Shown in pieces: positions 1 to 6,966 of a DNA stretch of 35,198 nt; the stretch's first letter is position 1, and the number at the start of each line of letters is the position of its first letter. The DNA is taken from IMG/VR virus record IMGVR_UViG_3300017909_001110, positions 1 through 35,198 of that record; one strand, 5' to 3'. The notes beneath the pieces are model-generated. The model was not told where the DNA came from and searched no databases. It saw nothing but the letters and a program-made list of their open reading frames with translations. The position numbers were made by a program, and so were the translations under genes. This DNA comes from a virus. Lineage: Duplodnaviria; Caudoviricetes.

Positions 1-2
1 AA

Positions 3-206
3 TTCGTTCTCATTCTCATATCGCTACCCATTTTAGTGCTTATATGGAGTATCTTTAGTGACGACCCAAGCATCAAAGAAAAAATAGACATCTTCTTTGT
101 ACAGTTTGGAAGTTTACCTGTGTGGTATCAAGCACTCTTTGTAGGAGTAGTTGGATGTATATATGGTCTTAAAGGGGTAGACATATTTAGGAATAACAAG
201 AAATGA
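3..206 (+). CDS. Holin-like membrane protein (3TM holin type), 5'-truncated
   Basis: Frame 3 reads FVLILISLPILVLIWSIFSDDPSIKEKIDIFFVQFGSLPVWYQALFVGVVGCIYGLKGVDIFRNNKK*: two hydrophobic segments and a basic C-terminus, upstream of terminase/lysozyme. Not in the ORF track because its start lies outside the window. Confidence 0.7.
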   Translation, partial: FVLILISLPILVLIWSIFSDDPSIKEKIDIFFVQFGSLPVWYQALFVGVVGCIYGLKGVDIFRNNKK

Positions 207-433
207 TTTGGGCATTATCAATAATGCTTTGGTATCACGATGTACCAGAGCAGGACTTGCAGTATTGGCAACATAAAACGTTCGAGTCGCAGTACGAATG
301 CCACAACTACCTGGCTGATAACAAAGTTAAATTAGTCGATAGTGTATTAGAAACATTTAGAAACACAGACGGAAAGCTTTTACAGAACTTTGAGTTCTAT
401 TGTGAGAGTAAGTCTTATGTGATGGAAGTATGA
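203..433 (+). CDS. Hypothetical protein (hydrophobic N-terminus, two Cys)
   Basis: ATGA overlap with the upstream gene; tightly packed in the late operon. Confidence 0.7.
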   Translation: MIWALSIMLWYHDVPEQDLQYWQHKTFESQYECHNYLADNKVKLVDSVLETFRNTDGKLLQNFEFYCESKSYVMEV

Positions 434-792
434 AGATAAGTGAAAATACGTCTATCTCAATGCCAGCGCGAAACCTTATCTCTATTGTTACTGCGTGCAT
501 TGTTGGTGCTTGGTTTGGCTTTGGTGTCATTGAGCGCCTTAATATTATAGAAACAGAATTACAGTTGATGAACCAAGACTTGCTTGAGGCATCAACACAA
601 AAGCCTGTTGATATGGAGCAGTTTATGCTGCTTGAGTTTATCTCTAAAGAACACAACAAACTTAAAGATGACGTAGAAGAGAAACTACCAAAGATTGATA
701 GTATCGATATGCACGCACAGTTCTTAGAGGAACGCATAATAGATTTAGAAACTTTAACTGACAAACTAAGGAACGGTTCACATTATGATTGA
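430..792 (+). CDS. Hypothetical membrane-anchored coiled-coil protein
   Basis: TM segment LISIVTACIVGAWFGFGVI followed by heptad-like helical region; ATGA overlap. Confidence 0.7.
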   Translation: MKISENTSISMPARNLISIVTACIVGAWFGFGVIERLNIIETELQLMNQDLLEASTQKPVDMEQFMLLEFISKEHNKLKDDVEEKLPKIDSIDMHAQFLEERIIDLETLTDKLRNGSHYD

Positions 793-1003
793 AGTAGTAT
801 TCGCTATTCTAATGATACAGAACGGAAAGGTGATTGAATATGTACCAACGGGCGGTATGGCTGATTGCCTTGAACAGAAACGCATTGTTACAAGACAGAT
901 TGGCGAAGAGCAAGAGGGCATCTCTATGCAATGCAAACAAGTTAAAGCAGAAATTGAAATTGATATGGGAGAACGTAAACGCATTAAGAAGATTATTGAG
1001 TAA
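785..1003 (+). CDS. Hypothetical protein (hydrophobic N-terminus, two Cys)
   Basis: Overlaps upstream stop, abuts the next ATG. Confidence 0.7.
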   Translation: MIEVVFAILMIQNGKVIEYVPTGGMADCLEQKRIVTRQIGEEQEGISMQCKQVKAEIEIDMGERKRIKKIIE

Positions 1004-1213
1004 ATGGAAAAAGAAGACACGATAGAGAGTATCGTAGACGAACTTCCTGTCTTATTAGTCAGACAAGCATACAAGAAACTAAAATCTGGTGATGATTTGA
1101 CAGCATCAGAGATGAAAGTATGCCTAGAAGTCTGTAAGACCTACAGTTCAGAAGATATTGTCCGTAAGGCAAACAACATTTTAGATGAAGTGCCTTTTGA
1201 TGTAGATGAATAA
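1004..1213 (+). CDS. terS: Terminase small subunit (T7 gp18-like, DNA maturase A), putative
   Basis: 69-aa helical protein immediately upstream of and overlapping terL, ending in acidic/PF tail; assigned mainly by position and size. Confidence 0.6.
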   Translation: MEKEDTIESIVDELPVLLVRQAYKKLKSGDDLTASEMKVCLEVCKTYSSEDIVRKANNILDEVPFDVDE

Positions 1214-2843
1214 AATACAGAATTTCAAAAACTTTCTGTATCTTTGTTGGAAACATCTAAACCTACCAGAGCCAACACCGATACAATACGATATTGCAGA
1301 TTATTTGCAGTCAGATGATAAGAGATTAGTCATAGAAGCCTTCAGAGGTGTAGGTAAAAGTTGGATTACAAGTGCTTTTGTCTGTCACCAATTACTATTA
1401 AATCCTAATAGGAATATTCTTGTGGTCTCAGCTAGTAAAACTAGAGCTGATGACTTCTCTACATTCACACAAAGGTTGATTAGTGAGATGCCATTACTGC
1501 AACACTTGCAACCTAGAGACAACCAGAGACACAGTAAGGTTAGTTTTGACGTTGCACCTGCCAGAGCTTCACACGCACCGAGTGTTAAGTCTATGGGTGT
1601 TACAGGTCAACTTACAGGTTCACGTGCAGATTTAATTATTGCTGATGACGTTGAGAGTGCAAACAACTCACAGACACAGTTAATGAGAGACAGATTAAGT
1701 GAAACTGTGAAGGAGTTTGATGCGATTATCAAACCAGAGGTTGGCAGAATTATATTCTTAGGAACACCACAAACTGAGATGAGTTTATATAACTCTTTAG
1801 AGGAAAGAGGGTTTAAGACCAGAATATGGTGTGCACTTTACCCTACAAAACAGCAAAGTATCGGGTACGGAAACAAGCTTGCTAAGATAATTGCTGATGT
1901 AGAAGACAAAGAGGGTAAACCTACTGACCCTCTAAGATTTAATGAAATAGATTTAATGGAACGACTAAGTTCGTACGGTAGAAGTGGTTTCAACTTGCAG
2001 TTTATGTTGGATACAACATTGAATGATGCAAACAGATACCCACTAAAACTCAACGACCTCATTATTGTTTCAGGCTGTTCATCGTGGGATGAAGCACCTG
2101 CAAAAATACAATGGGCTTCTGGTCAAGACCAAATCACAGCGATTAGCTCAGATATACCAAACGTGGGTCTTAAAGGAGATTATTTCACTTCATATCTGTA
2201 TATGAGTGAAGAGTTTGCGCCTTGGGAGGGAACAGTTATGTCAATTGACCCTTCTGGGCGCGGAGAAGACAGAACAGGCTATGCCGTTATCAAAATGTTG
2301 CACGGTGTGTTGTATCTAACAGCCGTAGGTGCACTTGAAGGTGGCTATAGTGACGAAACATTAGAACAATTGTCTCGTATAGCGAAGAAACAAGACGTTA
2401 ATTATGTGGTAATCGAGTCAAACTTCGGTGATGGAATGGCAACGCAGTTATTAAAACCTGTGATGTCACGCATACACCCTTGTGAGATAGAAGAGGTTAG
2501 ACACAGCATACAAAAAGAGAAGAGGATTATAGATACCTTAGAGCCCATTATGAATACACACAGGCTCGTAGTTGACGAAGATATTATCAAACAGGACTTT
2601 CAGTTACCGCCTGACCATCAGTTATTTAGACAGTTAACACGTATCACCCGCGATAAAGGCGCACTCAGGCACGATGACCAACTAGATGCACTTGCTATAG
2701 CTGCAAACTATTGGGTTGAACGTATGGACAGAGACCAAATCCTTGCATTCGACCAACACAAAGAAGAAATGCTCGATAGAGAGCTGGAATTATTTATGGA
2801 GACCGCAATTGGCGAAAAACCTAGAGGAGATAATTGGTTATGA
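1206..2843 (+). CDS. terL: Terminase large subunit (T7 gp19-like)
   Basis: Walker A AFRGVGKSW, TGSRADLIIADDVE Walker B, LGTPQ, nuclease IDPSGRG, ESNFGDG, HDDQLDALA. Confidence 0.97.
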   Translation: MNKIQNFKNFLYLCWKHLNLPEPTPIQYDIADYLQSDDKRLVIEAFRGVGKSWITSAFVCHQLLLNPNRNILVVSASKTRADDFSTFTQRLISEMPLLQHLQPRDNQRHSKVSFDVAPARASHAPSVKSMGVTGQLTGSRADLIIADDVESANNSQTQLMRDRLSETVKEFDAIIKPEVGRIIFLGTPQTEMSLYNSLEERGFKTRIWCALYPTKQQSIGYGNKLAKIIADVEDKEGKPTDPLRFNEIDLMERLSSYGRSGFNLQFMLDTTLNDANRYPLKLNDLIIVSGCSSWDEAPAKIQWASGQDQITAISSDIPNVGLKGDYFTSYLYMSEEFAPWEGTVMSIDPSGRGEDRTGYAVIKMLHGVLYLTAVGALEGGYSDETLEQLSRIAKKQDVNYVVIESNFGDGMATQLLKPVMSRIHPCEIEEVRHSIQKEKRIIDTLEPIMNTHRLVVDEDIIKQDFQLPPDHQLFRQLTRITRDKGALRHDDQLDALAIAANYWVERMDRDQILAFDQHKEEMLDRELELFMETAIGEKPRGDNWL

Positions 2844-3259
2844 ACTACGATGAAATCAAAGAGAGCATTCGTAAGCACGAAGGGTATCGACTAGAGCCCT
2901 ATAAATGCACGGAAGGTTTCTTAACAGGGGGAATAGGACACAAGATTAACGAGGGGGAAGAAATACCGACCACGGAAGAGGGGTGGTTGGAGTTATTTGA
3001 TAAGGATTTTGAAATAGCCCTTAATGGCGCTAGGAGACTCCTCAATGAAGAAGAAACACACCCAGAGGCATTTGGTATTGTGATTGAGATGTGCTTCCAA
3101 TTAGGCGAATTTGGAGTCAGTAAGTTCAAGAAGATGCTAGCAGCCATAGAAGCAAAGAATTACTTTGATGCTGGCTGGGAAATGAAGGACAGTAAGTGGA
3201 ACCAACAGACACCCCATAGGTGTGAAGCCCTGTCTTTACGGATGCGGAATATTTCATAA
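2840..3259 (+). CDS. Lysozyme/endolysin (GH24, T4-lysozyme-like)
   Basis: HEGYRLEPYKCTEGFLTGGIGH catalytic region (E...C...T), MCFQLG, EMKDSKWNQQTPHR; ATG at 2840 overlaps terL stop. Confidence 0.9.
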   Translation: MNYDEIKESIRKHEGYRLEPYKCTEGFLTGGIGHKINEGEEIPTTEEGWLELFDKDFEIALNGARRLLNEEETHPEAFGIVIEMCFQLGEFGVSKFKKMLAAIEAKNYFDAGWEMKDSKWNQQTPHRCEALSLRMRNIS

Positions 3260-3640
3260 AAAAATTTGAGTGGGTATATCGATATATGAGGGTCGATTTA
3301 CCCCCTTGGCGGTGGTCGTTTGCGCGTCAAAAAGTGGTTTTTAAGGTCATATAACGCGCAAAAACCGTCTATATACAATTGATGCGTTATCAATTGGTGG
3401 AACCGCGCATACTTTTATTACGCGTTTGTGTTCTATAGGGTCTATTTTTTTGTTTTTAGTTTAGTTCCCGTATTAGATATATGCCAAGCCTCCGTTACAT
3501 ATATATAGATATACTAAAGAGTATCTTAAGGAGTATCTAAAGCATATCCGAAGGTCTACCCATAAGAGACACCTGCACCACCTCCCCCAATTATTCATAC
3601 CTAATACACCCTGAAAACTTTTTTTATTTTTTTAATAATA
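3260..3640. other. Probable genome terminus / terminal-repeat region (end-to-start junction)
   Basis: Non-coding gap between last late gene and first early promoter, as in T7-like maps; AT-rich runs, GAGTATCT twice (~3519, ~3532), inverted repeats; exact ends not determinable. Confidence 0.6.
3376..3396. repeat. Inverted repeat CAATTGAT-N5-ATCAATTG matching attP core arms
   Basis: Perfect 8-bp arms; same arms and spacing as CTATTGAT-TACAA-ATCAATTG at 8564-8584. Confidence 0.8.
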
Positions 3641-3672
3641 ATGGTTGCAATATGCATAAATAATATTATAAG
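3615..3672 (+). promoter_or_regulatory. Host sigma70-type early promoter
   Basis: A/T-tract UP-like element, TTGCAA (3645-3650), 16 bp spacer, TATAAG (3667-3672), upstream of first early gene. Confidence 0.55.
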
Positions 3673-3942
3673 TGATATCATCTAGTAACTAACTAGACAA
3701 AAAGGAGCATTTTCTGGCGTTTACCTCCTCAATACATAAAAACACCAGACAAGCGGGAGCGCAAAGTTAAATCTTGTAAAGTGCTCACTCCGCTACCTAG
3801 ACGGGATGTGACAGGTCTTAGTAGGTAGCATTTATTATATAGCCGTGAAGGTGTGGGGGGGGGGGCACCCCCGCTTCGCCTCCACACTTTCGCGCCTGTG
3901 TAATACAGGAAATCAAACAAACAATAACAAGGAGTAAAAATT

Positions 3943-4380
3943 ATGGGTACAAGATGTAACGTAATTATAAAATTTGGTGATACTAAAATAATTCTTTATC
4001 GCCATTATGACGGATACCTAGAAGTGACAGGGGAAAGTGTCTTAAACAAATTGAGACTTGCTGAACTTAGACACACTGAAACAGGCATTATTAATGTTGC
4101 CAAATTGGTGCAGTTGTTTCTAGTACAAGATAATGACTATAGACTTGAGACTGACTGCGCTTGCGATGGTGAGTTTGTCTATGAGATTAATCTTAAATCA
4201 GAATATCAGCACGGAGCACATTATAATTTTTCTTCGTTGGTTAGCCTTACTGTTTACCAGAGGGACAATTGGGAAGAAGATAATTATCTTAAATGGAGCT
4301 CTGCAAAATATGACTCTGTTGACTATGACTGCGATTTTGAAAAATTAATTAATAAATTGCAAAATAGGAGGGTGGCATAA
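3943..4380 (+). CDS. Hypothetical early protein
   Basis: AAGGAG RBS, 145 aa, MGTR...LYRHYDGY N-terminus. Confidence 0.85.
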   Translation: MGTRCNVIIKFGDTKIILYRHYDGYLEVTGESVLNKLRLAELRHTETGIINVAKLVQLFLVQDNDYRLETDCACDGEFVYEINLKSEYQHGAHYNFSSLVSLTVYQRDNWEEDNYLKWSSAKYDSVDYDCDFEKLINKLQNRRVA

Positions 4381-4463
4381 TGATAAGCGGAAACGATTTA
4401 ATCTTTGCTGTTCTACTTACTGTAGGCGGTGCAATTCTAATTCTTCAGGGGGTGTTATTATGA
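4380..4463 (+). CDS. 27-aa hydrophobic micro-protein
   Basis: AGGAGG RBS, TAATG coupling; MISGNDLIFAVLLTVGGAILILQGVLL*. Confidence 0.6.
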   Translation: MISGNDLIFAVLLTVGGAILILQGVLL

Positions 4464-4621
4464 ACTATATTGACACTCACAAGAACAGAATAAGAGAAAG
4501 CGCTAGGCGCAATCCGTTGAAAGCTTATTTCCTAGGCGGTTTCGAAACACTACCGCCAAAGCTACAAAAGGAAACAATCCGTTTTCTTAATAAGTGTAAG
4601 CGAACAAACAGGGAGGTTTAA
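4460..4621 (+). CDS. 53-aa basic hypothetical protein
   Basis: ATGA coupling, GGGGG RBS-like; MNYIDTHKNRIRESARRNPLKAYFLGGFETLPPKLQKETIRFLNKCKRTNREV*. Confidence 0.6.
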   Translation: MNYIDTHKNRIRESARRNPLKAYFLGGFETLPPKLQKETIRFLNKCKRTNREV

Positions 4622-4720
4622 ATGGATGAAGACTTATTAGAAGGTTTTCTCGAAGAGCTTGGTCTTGATGAATTTGAGATTGAGCAAGAAATCGAAAATT
4701 ATAATCAAGAAAATGATTAA
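4622..4720 (+). CDS. 32-aa very acidic micro-protein
   Basis: GGAGG RBS at 4612-4616; MDEDLLEGFLEELGLDEFEIEQEIENYNQEND*. Confidence 0.65.
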   Translation: MDEDLLEGFLEELGLDEFEIEQEIENYNQEND

Positions 4721-5185
4721 ATGAAACTAAGGGGGGCACGCGTTGCCCCTCTGGGCTTCGTTTAACTACGAAGACTAAGGAAGCAAGGTTGACACTTGAA
4801 AAGATTAAGTTCAATACAGGAAGTCATTAAATTAATTCCTGTCCCAATGAATTAACATTGTGGGTATAAACATTGCCTTGTTATCTTTACTAGACGAAGG
4901 CGCAAGCAGTAGGTTCAGCGCACGGACAATGAACCCAATTTACTAGACAGCAAGCTTTATTACTGCCGTAACGTGCACAGTTAGTGGTGGGAAGAGAGCT
5001 CGCTGTTTTTACTAGACGGCAGATACAGACCTAAGTGCACCCTGTAGAGGACAGACCTCTTTAAAAAACGTTGTGGTGGGTGCCTGTGTTTGTCGTCTTT
5101 TTTTAGTCGTTAGTAAACATCATCGTAAAACTACAATTGTTATGTCGCTGTGAGCCATAACAGCCGTTGCTGTTTACTAGACGGC
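4717..5185 (+). ncRNA. Hairpin-dense non-coding cassette 1 (candidate structured RNA)
   Basis: Back-to-back stems (4717-4764, 4816-4842, 4843-4864, 4873-4905, 4906-4966, 4973-5040, 5046-5060, 5138-5162, 5163-5185), several with G-U pairs; four TTTACTAGAC copies. Confidence 0.55.
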
Positions 5186-5214
5186 ACAATCAAACAAACA
5201 AACAAGGAGGACTA

Positions 5215-5424
5215 ATGGAAACTATATCAGACCGACTATGCAATGAAGCTTTTGGACTAATGCTTATCTGGAAGCAACGCATTGCACACGAACTAACAAA
5301 AGAAGCTCAGGAACTAGACCCACCTGATGCTGTTTATGTTGGGAACTTACTTATTGGATTACGTAAATTGGGTAAGCAGTATGGATGGGACTTAGATGAA
5401 TTAGTTAAGGAGGTAACAAAATGA
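5215..5424 (+). CDS. Hypothetical early protein
   Basis: AAGGAGG RBS before ATG 5215 (METISDRLCNEAFG...), preferred over the track start at 5167. Confidence 0.8.
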   Translation: METISDRLCNEAFGLMLIWKQRIAHELTKEAQELDPPDAVYVGNLLIGLRKLGKQYGWDLDELVKEVTK

Positions 5425-5696
5425 AATATCCAGACTTAGAAAATTTCTTAGTAAGAGCTTCAGATATGTATCAATACAATCTTGAACACTATCCTGAAGA
5501 AAAACCAACAATGCTAGGTGCTTTGAATGAAGTACTTGATGAAAGTTGGTGTTTAAAATTTGACAAATCAACGAAACGAAAAGAAGCAGAGCAAACAGTA
5601 CAAGATGCTCTTAATTGTTATGTTGAGGACTCAATAAGTGGAGATTTAGAGCAACAGCAAATTCTTAATGATGCATTTAAAACTCTAACAAATTAA
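5421..5696 (+). CDS. Hypothetical acidic early protein
   Basis: AAGGAGG RBS, ATGA overlap, 91 aa. Confidence 0.85.
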   Translation: MKYPDLENFLVRASDMYQYNLEHYPEEKPTMLGALNEVLDESWCLKFDKSTKRKEAEQTVQDALNCYVEDSISGDLEQQQILNDAFKTLTN

Positions 5697-5992
5697 ATGA
5701 TTTCAAGGGGGGTACACAAAAGTGCCCCTCTGGATGTCATTTAAAGGGGTTTTTTTCTTTCTACCCTGAAAATGGCAATTGCTGTTAACTTTTGGTATCT
5801 TTTTCTTTCTAGCCAGAAGTAACAGCTCATTGTTTCAATGCGCGGTTTACTAGACGGCATCCTACCTAATTATGCCTTTACTAGACGGCGCATTGTTTCC
5901 TTGTTTAACGCACACATTGCCTAGAAACTTCTTGGTTCTACTAGGCGGTGTGTGTGGGACAGCAGATACTAACAGGACTTGAGTTCTGTTAA
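5693..5992 (+). ncRNA. Hairpin-dense non-coding cassette 2 (candidate structured RNA)
   Basis: Stems 5693-5744, 5781-5826, 5836-5895 (CAATGCGC/GCGCATTG enclosing two motif copies), 5911-5954 (14 bp with two G-U pairs), 5971-5990. Confidence 0.55.
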
Positions 5993-6015
5993 TAAAAAAT
6001 ATTTACAAGTGTATA

Positions 6016-6043
6016 TTGACTTCATTTTTCAAATATACATTAT
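6016..6043 (+). promoter_or_regulatory. Possible sigma70 promoter for regulator/integrase operon
   Basis: TTGACT (6016-6021), 16 bp, CATTAT (6038-6043), AT-rich upstream. Confidence 0.4.
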
Positions 6044-6044
6044 T

Positions 6045-6435
6045 GGGTACATAGACTTTTGTTAGTCGAATCACAAAATCAGATTATGACTTTGTGTTGT
6101 ATGTTTCGGGGGATACTACCTTAGTTAACAAGTAGGGTAGACATACAGAAAACGAAACAGCCGATGGGCATCGTAGTTATACGTGTGAGACCAGGTTGAC
6201 ATAAAGTGGTAGACGCAAAAGTTTGAGCACGAGCTGGTATGAATGATATGAATGAAAATCGATACTGTTCAGTTCAACAGGTGAAACGTAACCACCTGCT
6301 ATAGAGAGAACCTAACCACTATCTCTCATAGGAAATCCTAACGGTTTTACTCTTCGCGCGGAGAGCTCAAAATTAGAACAATTATGCGCGTAGATGGAAT
6401 TAAGCCAGCGATGGGTGATGTCGCAACTGTTAGAA
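6045..6435 (+). ncRNA. Candidate large multibranch structured RNA / 5' leader
   Basis: Nested stems, e.g. TGTATGT/ACATACA, CTACCTTA/TAGGGTAG, TACGTGT/GCGCGTA, TTTGAGC/GCTCAAA, GAGCTG/CAGTTC, CAGGTG/CACCTG, GAGAGA/TCTCTC; no convincing ORF. Confidence 0.5.
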
Positions 6436-6461
6436 ACTTTTTTATGAAGGAGATAGACCTG

Positions 6462-6596
6462 ATGATTACATTTACATTATTTGGACAGACAGTCCAATTT
6501 GAGAAATGGCATAAGTGGTCTCCATACAATTGCAACGTAAACACACGCGAACGGGTAATTGATTGGGGCTATTGGCGAATGCTTATTACAAAATAA
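6462..6596 (+). CDS. 44-aa Trp-rich hypothetical protein
   Basis: AAGGAG RBS before ATG 6462 (MITFTLFGQ...), preferred over track start 6384. Confidence 0.6.
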   Translation: MITFTLFGQTVQFEKWHKWSPYNCNVNTRERVIDWGYWRMLITK

Positions 6597-6641
6597 AAAT
6601 CAACTAACTAAACGATATCAGTTATAATAAGGAGATTCGAT

Positions 6642-6806
6642 ATGCCTGATACTAAAAGATATACATCTGTAAGTGTGCCTAAGAAAGCTCACGCAGATTT
6701 AGAAAAACTAAAGTCGCAATACTATTTGCTACACGGATTTAATTTTTCAATTGCAAAGATAATTGAGAAGTTAGCAACAGAAGAGGTACGTAAGTATGAG
6801 CAGTAG
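6642..6806 (+). CDS. Ribbon-helix-helix-like DNA-binding protein (54 aa)
   Basis: AAGGAG RBS; MPDTKRYTSVSVPKKAHADLEKLKSQ...FSIAKIIEKLATEEVRKYEQ*: beta strand (YTSVSV) then two helices with S-x-x-x-II motif. Confidence 0.65.
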   Translation: MPDTKRYTSVSVPKKAHADLEKLKSQYYLLHGFNFSIAKIIEKLATEEVRKYEQ

Positions 6807-6966
6807 TAGAAGACGCAATCACGCACTAGGAAAAGTTTGGAGTTTTGTGAACAACAAAGCCCAAGCTGGTGCACCAAGAACTATTCTTGGATTGTTTCCA
6901 ACTAAAAAAACAGAACAAACAAATGGGGGGAGTTCAAATGCCGAAAGGAGTAATAGACCTAAGTGA
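6796..6966 (+). CDS. Possible 56-aa basic hypothetical protein
   Basis: GAGGT RBS, overlaps both neighbours; weak support. Confidence 0.3.
   Translation: MSSSRRRNHALGKVWSFVNNKAQAGAPRTILGLFPTKKTEQTNGGSSNAERSNRPK

Larger units (their letters stand above)
4886..5888 (+). repeat. Dispersed direct repeat TTTACTAGAC(GG), six copies
   Basis: Copies start at 4886, 4939, 5008, 5173, 5846, 5877; variant TCTACTAGGCGG near 5937. Confidence 0.9.

Noticed and set aside
203-1003. Rz/Rz1 spanin assignment for small ORFs after the holin
   Set aside because: 430-792 has TM plus coiled coil, but I could not find a lipobox-bearing partner.
3309-3316. GCGGTGGT, matching the reported Caulobacter Chi sequence, near the genome end
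   Set aside because: Single 8-mer and unknown host; compatible with chance.
3729-3920. 63-aa minus-strand ORF in the early leader
   Set aside because: Opposes the early promoter, runs through a homopolymer, and is better explained by hairpins.
4789-4817. TTGACA as an additional sigma70 promoter
   Set aside because: The -10 position at 17 bp reads CAATAC; too weak to call.
4886-5888. CRISPR-like array from the TTTACTAGAC repeats
   Set aside because: Repeat only 10-12 bp, start-to-start spacing irregular (53, 69, 165, 673, 31 bp), no cas genes.
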